Positions 28,863-45,190 are shown, numbered from the stretch's first letter. The stretch: DNA of 64,000 bases from Eledone cirrhosa (GCA_964016885.1 OZ024746.1:86738001-86802000); one strand, 5' to 3'. Notes: generated by a model from the sequence alone, not told the origin. Translations and numbers: made by a program.

Positions 28863-29317
28863 ATGTTATATTACTTCAGCAAATGTACAACTAGATTTTA
28901 TTTTATTCTGCATTTGGGTGGAAATATCTTTGATAGTTAAATGTGTGGGAATATTTATATTATCTGCTGTGAGGAAAGGAAAGATTACGTTGGCATATTT
29001 ATATATAACTGTTAAAATAAACAAACAACATTAATTTCCTCGATTCATATTTTCCCAAAATAAACTTATCAGCATAAAAGTTTCTAACTGTTATATAAAT
29101 GTATTTAACAGCGTACAGAAGAATGGTATTTGATAAGTTAACAGAAAGTGTTTCTGAAGATTCTAGAAGAAATATATCAGCTTTATCACGTATTTACTTT
29201 GACTATAGAAATATTTTTCACGAGTATCTATCTCAGTGAAACGTTTGGAATGATACTATATAAAATATACAAATATTCAATAATTAAACAAATCCTATAT
29301 ACAAGGTAATGTTACAA

Positions 29318-29508
29318 AGGCGGCGGATTGGCAGTATCGTAGTGTGCCAAACACCATGCTTTGCAGCATAGATTAATGGCCCTTTAATTGCTGATTTCAA
29401 ATTCGAGCTTAGCTTTGCCTTTCATACTTACGGGGTCGCTAAAATAACGCACTAGTAATGCACTCTCCTCAAATTGCTTGCCTTGTGCCTATAGTAGAAA
29501 TCAATATT
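29318..29508 (+). mobile_element. tRNA-derived SINE copy
   Basis: ggcggcggattggcagtatcg...tttgcctttcat...ccttgtgcctatagtagaaatc. Confidence 0.8.
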
Positions 29509-30051
29509 ACTGCGGAAACTCTAATGTTCTCCACAACTAGGCTTATTTAACTTTGCTTATAGATCAAGTTATGTGCTCAGGACAATGAAGAAGCACAATG
29601 GTTTCCCTTCGAGTTCACTTGTATAGAAAACAAAGTATGGTACTCTGTTGCATGAAACAAAGAAGCCTCTAAATGATCCATCAACTCCTGCAAGAAATAG
29701 CAGCTATATATTCCCATCAACTTAAATAAGAAAAAGGAGATGAATGAGTGGAACAAGGGGAAAGGGAGGTACAGGTTGATGGTAATGAGGATGATGATAA
29801 ACAAAAGATGATAACGATAAATAAGTTGGTAGCAAAGAGTGAAGGAATGGTTGAAAAGAAGAAGAAAAAGAAGACGAAGAAGAAGAACTGAAAAATAATA
29901 TACTCCATATTTTAATTACAATTTCAACCGACTTTGCAAATCCATCTTTGAAATTATTTACAGAAACAAAATTAAGAACAGATATAGCAGGTACATCAAT
30001 TTGTAAAAACACTCAACAAACCTACAAAATGTATTATTTCCCTATATAATA

Positions 30052-30272
30052 GGGCGGTGGATTGACAGTATCGGTAGGGCGGCGGATACCATGCTTTGCA
30101 GCTTAGAGTGAGTTATGGCCTTTTACGTTCTAAGTTCAAATCCCGCCAAGGTTAGCTTTGTCTTTCATCCTTACGGGGTCGATAAAATAAAGCACCAGTA
30201 ATGCACTGGGGTCGATATAATTTCCCCTCCCCCCAAATTGCTGGACTTGTGTCTATAGTAGAAATTATTATT
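30052..30272 (+). mobile_element. tRNA-derived SINE copy
   Basis: Full head with A/B boxes, central domain and tail. Confidence 0.85.
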
Positions 30273-31419
30273 TCACTATATAATAAAAATATCTCTCAAA
30301 CAGAAAACAACATACATTACTAGGAATAAAATAGAATTAATAATATATTATGACACAAAAATTAAGATTTTTCTAATAGGTAAAATAAAAAAGAATAGAA
30401 CTTTGTAACCCACTGAACAATCATTGGAGGAGAAATATACTTTACAAGAAATTGGCTAGAAAGTGTAGCCACAATCTCCTCAAATACCATATTACCGTCT
30501 TGAACATATCGGTCCTTACAGATTTTTCTCCTGCATTACCTTCCAGATATTGTCATGAGTTAGGCCTCGCTATGTTAAAACTGCACTGGTAGTGGAGCAG
30601 GATGTATCGTGCAATGAAGTTATAAGCATTCATTTTAATACATAAAAACTCATTTACCTTCTCTTACGAAAGAATATTTTTACAAATTAAAAATTTTTTT
30701 TTTTAACATTTTCTGACTATCTGAATCTGAAACTAGTAAAATATTAAAATATATCAGGTGTTAAAGTTAATAATAAAAATAATACAAAAAAAAAAAATTG
30801 TAAAGAACGGTTTTACTCTTTCATTTATTCTTATTTGATAAAGTATTGGGAAAAATCCTATTTATTCCTATGGCGTATTTTACATTAATCTTAATTTCTG
30901 TAGCTTCTTTTTACAAGCCTGGATAAAAATTACGATAAAAATGCAACTGAAAAATATATATAGTTTTCTTTTGGCGTGGATTAACTTCGAAATCTTTATT
31001 CTTACATCACGTCTTCCATTCGTAAAATGTTAAGTTTAAGTAAATTTTGAAAACTTTAAACAAGAGAAAGAAAGAAACATACGAAGAAAATACATGAAGG
31101 GAAGAATATGTATTTATTATCAGAGGAAAATATGAAGTTTTAATTTTTTCTTACTTCATTAACTTAAATTTTATCCAGGCTGCTCAAAAAAAACAACAAA
31201 ACATAGGTAAATAAAGGTAGATTTAACACCTCTGTACTCCACTAACAATTTGCTCAATCAAGATTGTTCACTCCAATATATGGTACATATCAACCAAACT
31301 ATTAGGACTTATCTACCTATAATATTGGTATGAAATTTAATTATATATCTATCAAATTGATATGGAATTTAATTTAATATCTCATTGTAGGCGAATACAT
31401 AGAACACAATAGCTTCTTC

Positions 31420-33710
31420 TCTACCAGAGACTACCCATCCAAATGAGTTCGTTTAGTCGGATTCTTTCGGTTGTTTTTTCAAGTTTTTTTTTTATCGGTC
31501 TTGGTTATAGCGTGCGACGAAGTGAAAATAAAATTTTCTTAAAATTTCGGAAAATTTTAAGCACGATTCATTTTGAATCTATTTTGTCGACAGAAAAAAT
31601 GTTACTTAATAATATTATACCATCATTATTTTTCAATAAATTAAATAAAGTACCAGTTATGTACTGGATAATTGCTGGCCTTGTGCCAAAAGTAGAAACA
31701 ATTATTTTATTAATAAATTAACAGGGCGGTGGATTGGCAGTATCGGTAGAGGGTCGGACGCCATGCTTTTACGCATAGAGTTACGGTCTTTGCCATTTTG
31801 AGTTCAAATCCCGCTGAGGTTAACCTTGCTTTACATCCTTACGGGGTCGATAAAATAAAGTACCAGTAATGCACTGGGATATTGCTGGCCTTGTGCAAAA
31901 AGTAGACCACATTATTTTATTAATAAACTAAAGTTTTGTAATGATTAACTTTGTATTCACGCTACCTCTCACCTAATACTCGCTCATTCGATGTTAAAAA
32001 TAGTAAACAAAGAAACACATTTTAACAGGTTATAATAATTTAATAAGATCAATAAAAAATATCATAATTTATGTACATTCATGAATTTTCAATTTTTTTT
32101 CTTTGACTTGTTATTAACGACGAAGTTAAGTGATTTTCAAGTTTTATGTGCTTTATCGACACATACTGGTAGCGGCAGCTTTCCGGCAAAAAATCAAAAA
32201 AAATCGTTGCAAAATGTATTCACAAAATAACACATAAAACAAAGTGTTTAACAACACATTAGAGAACTGTTCTGATGAAAAATATCCTGTTTGTAATCTC
32301 TGAACAATCGAAAAATTGGAATTGATATTTTACAATAGAGACAGGAATATAATTAAATGATCAATGAATTTCCTTGTGGAAGAAACGTCCACACTAGTGT
32401 GCCAAAAGTGAGTTAGGAAGAAGTGGTAGAGACCCAATTAAAATTAGACATGCAGATTAATAATTATTTATAATATTTTAACAAATAAATATAATGGAAC
32501 ATTTATTTCGGTACTTACACATGCTTTCCATTCATTCGTAATTATTCTTGCTTCGGGAAGGAAATGCTGTTTTATAATTAGAAATAAAGTGTGTGCTTCT
32601 TAATGAAGTATACCTGTTCTTTGTTGAATATCTTTTATTCATTCCGTTTATGCATTCCAGCCGTCTGTAACTATTCATCAAATCTCATTTTACTTACCAC
32701 ACAAAAACGATAATATACATTCAACTTAAAATGTTATTCTGAAAACAATACCTAAAAACATAATTTACAGTAAATATTCCCTTTTAAAAGCACCTATATA
32801 TAAAAGAAATACTTAGAACATATTTGGACGGGCACTATGCAAGTAATCTTACAATTTTTACTTGAAAATAAAAGAAAATTAGACTGATCGTACAATTGAA
32901 GTTAGATAGATGTGATTTTGATAATTAATCAATACCCGGTTCAATATTTGACAAGTGTTAAATTTCACTTTCTACTTGTTTCCAATCTATTTTGTTGCTT
33001 GAGTAGCAATTGTAGGACAGCGCTGAATCTATTTTCGACTAAGTATGAAGATGGAAAAGCTAGGAGCAATAATTAGATTTCTTAGCAAATTTGGGAATAT
33101 TTATTTTGTTCCTTTAGTCAGTATGCTTTATAGTCATCACATTGAAAACGTACTTGCGCTTCAGTGTAATGTTGCAAGTCCTATAGGCATTATTTACATG
33201 AGCTTGAAATAGGTATATAACCTAGTCGTGTATTTGCAGTTCATAAATGTCTTTAAACCTCGTTAACATATTTTCCTTTTGTTATTAAAGATGGGGAACA
33301 TAGTAGAGCGGATCCGTATATAATAAAAATAAATCTCCAAAATTTGTTTCCTCCACTGCTTGTAAACTTGGAAATTGATGAAAATTCTCATTTGGTCTGT
33401 GGTTTTTAGATATTGTTAACATGTTGATAAATGGCATTATTCTTTTATTAAGGCATATCGCATGTTGTTAAGACATTATTAAGACATATCGCATGTCGTT
33501 GCAAACTCGTATTCACCTCGTTAAACATATTAAAAGTAAAATTTTCAGGAACCCTTGCTATATCAGCGCTCCTGTTTTGCACACATTTAAAAGAAAATTC
33601 TGTTTTCACCTCCTCGCACGCTATAACCAAGATCGATAAAAGAAAACTTGAAAAAACAGCCGAAAGAATCCAACTTAGTGAACTAATTTGGATGGGTGGT
33701 CCCTGGTAGA
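31420..33710. mobile_element. Non-autonomous DNA transposon with ~120-bp TIRs (Mutator-like)
   Basis: 31420-31545 is inverted at 33586-33710. Flanks tagcttcttc / tcacttcttc (8/10 identical) fit a decayed 10-bp TSD. Confidence 0.7.
31640..31922 (+). mobile_element. Two tandem SINE copies (first 5'-truncated) inside the TIR element
   Basis: About 31640-31715 and 31724-31922. Confidence 0.8.
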
Positions 33711-34143
33711 TCACTTCTTCAAATGATTATAAAAACCCTTCATAACGCCGCAATTTCCTTTGGAATATCATGTATTTTTGCTGTGATAAAAGACATTCAA
33801 ATCTTTCTTCCTTTTCATGAAAAGCTGCTGAAATATTAGGGCATTCAAAACAACCACAGGCTTTTAATCATTGCTTTGATTACAATTTGCTAAGTTTCAT
33901 GACATCTATCAGTGAGATGCTTTTCAGCCAAATGTTGACGATTTATAGTACAGTGGATGTTCGGAACTCCTTTTTAAAAATATTATCATAATCCATGATA
34001 TCGACTAATATCCAATACACTCAATCAGTTGCACGGGCAATGATAAATAAAAGTCAAATTCAACTCTTCTTTTTTGTTAACTGAAGGCTGAACTAACTTG
34101 GAAATTGTCGAATTTTTGCGGTGAATTCTCAGTTCTTCAGCAA

Positions 34144-34635
34144 AATAATTGTTTCAACTTTTGACACAAGACCAGTAATTACCCCAGTGCATCCTAAAGT
34201 CTGAAGTCTGTCTTAAGCCAGATGGCTCATTTGACCGGTACTTATCCCAGTTTCATGGCGTGAAGCGACTGAGAGTACTAGACTCCCCCCTGGGCAGGAC
34301 GCCAGTCCATCGCAGGGTTAAACCCCCAGCTATTGCTGGTACTCATTTTCAGCTGAGTATACTGGAGCAACGAGAAATGAAGTGTTTTGCTTAAGATCAC
34401 AACACGCAACCCAGGAATTGAACCCAAGACATTATGATCGTAAGTCCAACACCCTTACCATTAAGGCAACATGCCTCCACACCAGTGCATTACTGGTACT
34501 TTATTTTATCGACCCCGTAAGGATGAAAATAAAAGCAAACCTCAGCGGGATTTGAACTCAGAACTTAAAGGGCCATAACTCTATGCTGAAAAGCATGGTG
34601 TCTGACACTCTACCGTTACTGTCAATCCACCACCT
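34144..34635 (-). mobile_element. SINE copy interrupted by a second SINE
   Basis: Tail part 34144-34192; body and head 34482-34635. Confidence 0.8.
34193..34481 (-). mobile_element. Second tRNA-derived SINE family (CORE-like and V-domain-like segments) with a 9-bp TSD
   Basis: TSD ccagtgcat at 34184-34192 and 34482-34490. Minus strand has ttgccttaatggt (A box), gggttcaattcc (B box) and cctgcgatggactggcgtcctgcccaggg. Confidence 0.75.
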
Positions 34636-35949
34636 TTCTTCATCAAAATAATATTCTTGAACAATGGAGCGTCGTTGTCACGCAATTACGTCTTATCTAA
34701 TTGGCAGCAAAACAGTGTTTCATTTAAATCATCGTTGAGTGTAGTTTTAATATCATTTCCCATTTTATCATGTCTAACCGATGCTGAACTGTTACTGAGG
34801 GGAATTAACGCAGATACGTCAGGTGTGTCCATCATAGAATTAAAATATTCTTTCACAACTTGTAGAACGTGTGTTTCCCCAATAGAGTGAGGTTTTACAC
34901 TTTTACTAATTAACTATGGAAGTTTGTAATTAATGAAGTAATCATCTCCGTTTCAAGTTGGGTTTCTTGTTAGTAAACAATGCTTTGAATGTAGATAGAT
35001 TTTGAAATTTTAGATTTAGAGCATGAAGTAAATTATGTGCTTCTTTGTTTTGCCTTATTTACAAGTGATCAAATGTTCTTGAAAATTTCTTACCTTTATT
35101 TGAGAAAGTTTTGTCATATATTAATCAAATTGATAAGTGTTCATTATCTACAAATGGAATAACATTTCAAGTATTCATTTGAGTATTAAAAATAATTGCA
35201 TCCGACCCTCTACCGATACTCCCAACGGCACCTAATAATGTTGCTATCCATGTATACCCGTTCACTCGAAACCTCAAATTGGTTGAATGAATACAATTTT
35301 AAAACGTAGCAAACCGTTAAAATTTTCTCTTAAAGTATTGCCTATCCCAGATCACTCCCAATACATGTCCATCTGTGTTTGCCCTAGCCGCTACTGTTCA
35401 CACTTTGTTTGCCATTCATTTCTTTCGTTTTAACAGACACACGTGTTAATGAAATCCAAAACACCCCAAGAGCTAGTAATGGTTGAATATGAAGTTTCCA
35501 CTTCAAATCACTTTCTAGAATAGGAAACTACTGCGGATAGCTTCATAATCAAAACACCATTATATTTTACGAAATTTAAAGGAGTTTAAAATTCGAAAGG
35601 AACAGGGATCTTGAGAGATCTTGGAGGAGCAGCTGTTCACCAACAACAGAGAGGGCGTCCATTTACTTCTCTTTAACATGTGATGATGAACCCAAGGAAT
35701 CACGTTGATTGGATCTTTATTCTAAAGCGAGCAGACTTCTCAACGTCATCCACAAAACTCAGCCATTTAAACCCACTAACTAAAATTCGCCTTGTGCTTT
35801 TCTTGTTTGTTTCTATTTGCACATATTTCTCACACTTGTTGATGAACCTAATACGTTCATTAAGGATCATATTGCTTGATTATCTTGTATGTTTCACTCC
35901 TTTTTTCACCACATTCCATATCCCTGCTGTTAACACTAGTAGCAAATCT

Positions 35950-36130
35950 CACTCTCATTCACTCACTCACTCACTCACTCACTCACTCACTCACTCACTC
36001 ACTCACTCACTCACTCACTCACTCACTCACTCACTCACTCACTCACTCACTCACACACTTACTCACTCACTCACTCATTCACCCACGCACTCACTCACAC
36101 ACTCACTCACTCACTCACACACTCACATAC
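35950..36130. repeat. (CACT)n microsatellite
   Basis: Directly visible. Confidence 0.95.
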
Positions 36131-36699
36131 ATAGTCCCGCACTCACTTAAATGCATACTCAGACACACACAGACACACACAGATACACACAGACACATAC
36201 TGTTATTGCATTTTTGAAATTATACAGCTCACACGAGCACTTCTGAAAACCTATTATCCTATTGAAAGCTCACAGTGCCCCTGGATGGAGTGCTACTGTT
36301 GACGTTGAGAATTGGTTCGTTATATTATAAAGAAAGAGTTGACTGAATAGGAAGTGTGGAATTTGAAAGAATGCCACGGTCTTTTATATCTGTTACAGCG
36401 CATGTTTAACGAAAAAAGTAAGACGTTTGGAAATAGAAAATTGGACAGAGATGCCAGTTGGAACTGAACTTTCACCTGCCAAATGTCGTACCCTGCACTA
36501 TCATTACTGCAAATGTGATTTCGATTCCAAAGCATGTATCTGTCTATTTTCTCCATCTCTAGATGTTTATTTCGCATGAAAACATTAGGTCCCATGAAAT
36601 TATCTCATTCTGTCAAGATACAACACAAAGAGATTCTACCTTATTCTAACTTATATATTGAACAATTTCGTGTTCTTTTCTGAAAGAAAAGTAATGCAA

Positions 36700-38240
<1,541 letters not shown>

Positions 38241-38954
38241 ATAATAGAGTTAGTTATACTGTGATGTCCGCCGTCTTTCCGGAGATAATTGCTTTCATTT
38301 TATTCTTCATTCAGAGATATTGAATGATTCTGTAATTTTCTGTTCCGTGGTCTTTAGAGAGTAGTAAAGAGATCACTTACTTCTCTGGCAACACCATACG
38401 TCATATCACGTCTGAAACAAACTTGACAAATGATACAGGTCATAATAATCGTTGTAGGGTCAACTAACAGTAAGTATAGTTTGCTACATATAATGTAAAG
38501 TAAATATGAAAATAAAACTGACTATTGTAAATATTAAAATAAATGTTTTCAACGTATTTGTGTTGATAGAAACGCTTCGACTGCAGGTTCATTGAGCCGT
38601 AGAGAAAGGAAGCTATAGTTCTTCAAATACCACACCAGAGTATTTGCTTTAATATCTCAGTTATTATGATAGTAACTGTATACTTACAATATAAAAATGA
38701 ATAATTCAAATAAACAAATATCTTGTTAGAGTGAATTCTCAGTGCAAACATATTGAGGATGAACGGACGAGAAAAAATGAAAATCTTCTCAAAATCTATG
38801 GGATACTCCATCTTAGTATTGTGCATGACGAAACGAAATCAGAAACGTTCTGCAGTGAGTGTAATGAGATGGAATTACAGAAGTGAGAGATAAGTGGTTC
38901 GATTCCTGTCAGTGGATCTGTTTTTCTTCTTTCATATAGTGGCATTTACTATGT

Positions 38955-39008
<54 letters not shown>

Positions 39009-39203
39009 TTTATATATATTTATATATATATACATTTTTCTTTCATATTTTGTTTGACCCGTTTATCTTGCTTCGTGTTTTTGGCTTAGGTGGTTGATAG
39101 CTTCTTAACCACCTTCTCAGTTTGTATGGCCTTTATAACATATGTTTATTGCTCTGGTCTCTTTTAGTCCATGAAGCGCTTGCCACACAAACTTCAATAC
39201 TCT

Positions 39204-39242
<39 letters not shown>

Positions 39243-39246
<4 letters not shown>

Positions 39247-39397
39247 GTAGAATACTGTGGAAGGTAATATCCGTAGTGATAGAGCACTCAGTCCATGGGA
39301 CGAGTTAGGTAGAAGTGGTTACACAACATTTACGAACTGAGTATCCGCTAAGGTGAAACAATTGTTCTCGGTATGGTGAACTAACTGTTGTGTAACC

Positions 39398-39403
<6 letters not shown>
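39243..39403 (-). mobile_element. Hairpin+tail insert between (TA)n and (TC)n(TA)n, unrelated in sequence to family B
   Basis: Arms agaagtggttacacaaca / tgttgtgtaaccacttct, plus an ~65-bp unpaired tail running to (TA)n. Confidence 0.5.
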
Positions 39404-39492
<89 letters not shown>

Positions 39493-39682
39493 TAACAGAT
39501 TAAAGTTTAAGCAAAGAATCGCTGCTTTCACCCTTAACGGGATCTTCTGAAACTAAAAAAAATAAATCTGTGAACGCAGAAGTAAATATTTCGAAAAACG
39601 TTGCAACCGAAGGAAAACAGGAAGATACTTTAGTTCATGAAGACAATGAGCGGAAAAAGCGTAGATAAAACGTCATTATGTG

Positions 39683-39783
39683 GAGGTTGACTTTGCCTTT
39701 CATCCTTACGGGGTCGATAAAATAAAGTACCAGTAATGTACTGGGTAATTGCTGGCCTTGTGCCAAAAAGTAGAAACAATTAT
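39683..39783 (+). mobile_element. 5'-truncated SINE
   Basis: Central domain and tail only. Confidence 0.8.
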
Positions 39784-40539
39784 GTGGAGCGATGAGAACA
39801 AATACACGCAAATACAAAACCACGTATATGGTATAAATGAAGTCGTAGACTAATATGCTACATAGGAAATCGAATGATTCTCGGTTTCAGAGTTAAGGAT
39901 AATGTAAATAAATTAGTAGAACGACCCTCTGATCTTTAGTTTATACATGTATAATCTAACGAACCAAATGTAATGTTGAATGATTCATATTCAATACTCG
40001 ATTAGTATATGATTTGGGTGTATATACTTTTCTCTACTAAAGGATTCAGGAAGATCAACTGATTAATCCTTCTATTTCATATCTATATGAAAAAAATACA
40101 ACAATGATTTCTTGGTCCTAATCAATTACAAGATACTTGTGTACGAACCTTGTCACTTATTCTCATTGCAATTAAACTCAGTATGATAAGATACAAACGA
40201 TTGAAATTGAAATGAAGTTCACAGGCTTCCATTGTGGTTACAACTATATACATTTAAACGCATATATATGCACACATCCACACCCAGACACTTTTATATT
40301 TATGTACGTGTAATGATTTTCGAAAATAAAAGTTACAGGAAATTTGCGTCAATCGTTGATCATGCAATTAGCTGAAAGACTAGCGGTAGGCTAGAATCTG
40401 AATATCAGACAGTGTGTTCTAACATTTTCATCATGATTGGCATATTTTATGAGAATGAAAACAAGTGCATACACACATACTCACACACACACCTATACAT
40501 ACACGCACTCAAATGTACGTACGTATGTATGTATGTATG

Positions 40540-40645
<106 letters not shown>

Positions 40646-40660
40646 AACACGTACGTATGC

Positions 40661-40739
<79 letters not shown>

Positions 40740-41065
40740 TAAATAAATATATATATATAGATATATATATAGAGAGAGAGAGTTAGCCAGACCAAGGTAT
40801 TAATGGAAAATTAATCTTCTTTCATCAAAGAGCCGTATTCATTCTCTTACAATCGTTTCGAATGAGATATTATTCAAAGAGCTAATATCTCTTCTTCAAA
40901 CTTTTATATATTATATAAACGCATTGAGCTATTCTTTTCTCTTAAAAGCTGGCAATTACATTCTATAAGTTTAATTCTCTACTCTCCTTTGAGAATTGGT
41001 AATATGATTCTAACTTTGATATACATACATACATACATATATACATACATACATATACCTCCCCC

Positions 41066-41167
<102 letters not shown>

Positions 41168-41409
41168 ATACACAGATAAACACACATTTATATACACATA
41201 GATATATTTATATATAAACTTATACATTCACTCATACATATATATGCTTGACTGTATATGTCAGTAAATATATTTGCTCATACAAATACACCCACATCTA
41301 CTATCACGCACACACACACACATATATATATATTTTATAATCTGTAATGAGAAACACCCTTTCTATTTATCTATCTATCCACCTGTTGTTTTTTCTCTCT
41401 CTCTCTCCT

Positions 41410-41446
<37 letters not shown>

Positions 41447-41570
41447 CACACATATATATATAATATGAAACAATCGGGACCCCGACGGTTGAGCTCCTGC
41501 CGTTTCAACAGCTAATATCTGCAGCAAGGCGAACCGATAGGAACTAATGACTAATATTATTTGTATTTTC

Positions 41571-41758
41571 GGGCGGTAAATTGGCAGTATCAGTAGAGGG
41601 TCGGACGCCATGCTTTGTAGCAAAGAGTTAAGGCCCTTTATGGTCTGAGTTCAAATCAGGCCGGGGTTAACTTTGCCTTTCATCCTAACGGGGGTCGATA
41701 AAATAAAGTACCAGTGGGATAATTGCTGGCCTTGTGCCAAAAGTAGAAACAATTATTT
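41571..41758 (+). mobile_element. tRNA-derived SINE copy
   Basis: ggcggtaaattggcagtatc...gagttcaaatc...ggccttgtgccaaaagtagaaacaattatt. Confidence 0.85.
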
Positions 41759-42419
41759 GTATTTTCCACCAAGGGGCATGTTTTTGTAATATACTGATCT
41801 TATCTGAGAGGCATAGCCATCAGCATAATTTACGTAACGTTCGTTATTCACCAGTTAATATTTGTGCAGAGGTTGAGACAGTGCAAATGCATCTTGATCA
41901 TTAGCATTTAGTAAAAAACATCAATTGCGTTTTTGTCATATAAGACACAAAGAAAGAAAATTCGAAGAAATCAAAGTGCACTGAAGTTAATGATATTTCA
42001 TTAACAGCAGCTGGTGATTTTCATTACTACACTGCATTAAATTGCTGCATGTGTATGGAGTGCAAAGGGATACGCTATAGAACATGTCACTAAAATATGA
42101 GTCTTCTAAAAATATTAGAATATTGTTAAAATATTCATCAACTAATTGTAATCAATCTTATAAACCATTTCTTTACAATTTTAAATTTACGATGGTGGAG
42201 AAATAAGTTAAATGATGTGCAGTATTGAAGCAGTCATAACACTCACTAAAATATTAACGAAGCCAGTAATGTTTGAATAATAAAACAAAAAATTGAAATT
42301 AGGCAATGGTAGACGTAAACAATTATTCCTGAACATGTGGCTATGGTAGAAAATATGTGTTCAATGTGGGGGGAAGGTGGATCAAGCGCGTAGTCACACG
42401 TATATTGACTTCCTCACAT

Positions 42420-42885
42420 CTAAATCTAATTTAATCTAATCTGGCCGAGTTTACACTCGTAAATAAGAAGAACCAGGGCTACCCCTAGGAGCATTGGATT
42501 TGGTGTACTTCGCATTTGTTTCGGTTGCTGAATACAATCACGGATCGCTGCTTCTCCTGAAGGCCAATAGTTCTCTTCTAACACGAGCAGGAGCTCCTTT
42601 CTATTGTTAATTTGCATTGATCACCTGCAAAGCAGCATTGTGCTCAGAACCACTACACCAGTCTTTCGATGCGTGCAGCTGGAACTACTGCCACCCATTG
42701 ATTTGGCAGGATTTGTTTTTTTTTTTAGATGGCCGTTGACTCTTGTGAGTTCTTCCGCCCTTTGTCAGGTTTTATTTTTTGTCCTGCAGGGTGTCCAAAA
42801 TCATGCTACTCACCAAGTAAACTTGGTGGGGTTGCCGGTTGTACTGGGTTACACGCTACAAGTAGCACTCGAGAGTGACCTGACA
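42420..42885 (-). mobile_element. Chimeric non-autonomous retroelement: family C 5' head plus an (ATTAG)n-tailed body
   Basis: 42730-42885 matches 5137-5328, and 42420-42700 matches 27285-27550. Confidence 0.65.
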
Positions 42886-44522
42886 TTTAAAAGCAATGGA
42901 AAATATTTCACCGAATAGATGCGTTCTGTGGTAAGATTGGTAGAGAAGTTACTTCGAATACAAAATATCGTACTTTTGGAATAAAACATGTTATAATGGA
43001 AAAGCCATCTAACAGCTTATGACATTTCACTTAGGTACCGACTTAACTTCTTGTTTTATTGTGTGCAGCAGGTGTTCTTTGATAATTCCATGTGAAGAGT
43101 TCTTTTTATGATATTACGCTTATTAGTGTTTATTAACTTAAAATATTTGCATCATTCAGTCACTCAGTCATCTTTTATCTGTTAGTTTTAATAAGACAAA
43201 AGCATATATAAAATTGTCCCAGTATTTGGCAAAAATCAAACACACTGCATGCCACTATTTAGTTATTAAATATAGTTTATCTATTTACATTTTGTGGTTG
43301 TCTTGCCTGCATTACTTGACATGAATTTTGCAATGAACTAAAGATGTTTTCTCCGAATTTTGTAGTAGGTTTCTTAGGATATTTGAATCTGTATATTAAA
43401 TATATTAACATTCACCTAACTATTTGCTTTTTACGGAGGTGACGTTACTTGGTAATTCCAAGTTTGTCATATAGATTCTAATAAAATATCTGTTAAATAT
43501 AATAACCTTTGTGGATTTATTACTTGGTATAGTTTGAATGTTATACCAGATAAATCTTGTTGAAAATGAAATAGGAAAAGTTATCACAAAATCCAGACAC
43601 AAGGTCAAAGAAGTAATTGTTACATCAGTAAATATGGGTTTTTCATTCTAACATAAGATAAGCTATTTCAAGTAAGAAGTGAACAAAAAAGAAATGTAAT
43701 TTATTCCATCTAAGCGTTTGTGTCCATCCTTCATTCTAAAATCAAAGTTTGCATGTTAGAAATAGCACAGATATGGTACGCTCCATTTATATGATGAGGA
43801 TTCTCTAGTGGTATTTGAGGAGACAGCAGTAACGAAGATGCATTGATTGATTGCACCTATGCAGCAATCTTTATCTGAATGAGTCATCTGAATTGGCTAT
43901 TGAGATAAAGAAAAATCAGTTTCTATTAAAGTTGGCTTTTCCAATGAGCACAAACAAAAGCTAAGGACAAATACACATTCATGTGACAAAGAAGATATAT
44001 TTCTACGAGCTACTCCACGCTGCTGTATGAAATGTTCGAAAAGTGAATAACATTTGAGTATCTCTGAACAATTATATCGAATTTAATGGGAAGGAAGGAT
44101 ATTGCTATTATCAATTGTATTGCCCGTAGGATTATATTTTTTATTTTCTGTTTCTTTTAGATTTTTAAAAGATGTTTCATACTATAGATTTTATTGAGCA
44201 GATTTTCTTTTTGTTTCGTTAAAAACAAAATGAGGTTGTTTTCTGTTTGCAAAACCAAATTTCGCGATCGCTTGCTGCTCAAACAACTAAAGTGGATATT
44301 AAAAACAATAATATATAGTATATTCTTAACTTCTATTTCTTTTAGATATTGAAAAATTGTTTGGGTATTCCTCTCATAATATTAACTTTATTGTGCAGCC
44401 TTTCATTTTGGTTTGTTACACTTAGTGACCTCATTTGCGGAAGATAACAGACGAACTAATAATACCAACTAAATTACATACCCTATCCACATGTTTACAT
44501 ATTATATATATATATATAGTTA

Positions 44523-44712
44523 AGTATATTTGAAAAAAAGAATGACTTCACTTGTAGTTCTAAACAAATTGATTTAATTGTATATTGTTATAATAACATT
44601 ATGAGTTGGTCGATCTACCAACTCATAATATTATTATAATATTATAACATTAAATCAATTTGTTTAGAACTACATGTGAAGTCATTCTTTTCCTATTTTC
44701 TTTTCAAATATA
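44523..44712. repeat. Imperfect fold-back (~85-bp arms) between short TA tracts
   Basis: aaaagaatgacttcac.tgtagttctaaacaaattgatttaat...ttatgagttggt / accaactcataa...attaaatcaatttgtttagaactaca.gtgaagtcattctttt. Confidence 0.85.
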
Positions 44713-44840
44713 TATATATATGTCCCCCACCCCCACTCTCAAGCTGAAACTAATATTAACATTTTGTACTGCCTCGTCGCTTCCTCGTTGTTGATTTTTT
44801 GTTTTCTGTTTCGACTATATTATATTAATATATATATAAT

Positions 44841-45033
44841 AGGGCGGTGGATTGGCTGTATCAGTAGAGGGTCGGACGCCATGCTTTGCAGCACAGTTAC
44901 GTCCCTTTACAGACTGAGTTCAAAACCCGCCGAGGTTAACTTTGCCTTTCATCCTTAAGGGGTCGATAAAATAAAGTACCAGTAATACACTGGGATAATT
45001 GCTGGCCTTGTGCCAAAAGTAGAAACAATTATA
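44841..45033 (+). mobile_element. tRNA-derived SINE copy
   Basis: Full consensus match. Confidence 0.85.
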
Positions 45034-45057
45034 TTAATATATATATATATATATATA

Positions 45058-45190
45058 TAACGAAGGGAATGTGGTAAGGAACCAGGTGGACCATAACGCA
45101 CCAAAGTACTCAATACTTAGGGTAGTTGAGTGAGTCCAGAATTAGCCGTCGAAACGGCTTGAGCTCAGCCGTCGGGGTCCTACTCGTTCC

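Noticed and set aside
29575-29800. Possible degenerate RTE 3' end
   Set aside because: Only vague resemblance, with no intact motif.
35560-35900. Possible Penelope ORF fragment on the minus strand (ILNERIRFINK), and STRFIWYN at 43420-43608
   Set aside because: Too short and interrupted to assign; a profile search would be needed.
38890-38915. ggttcgattcc B-box, and SINE heads as tRNA genes
   Set aside because: No cloverleaf; the heads continue into SINE bodies.
40820-40905. Minus-strand hammerhead-like pieces (TTGAAGA, GAAAcgattgTA, TTGATGA)
   Set aside because: I could not form stems I and II together in one topology.
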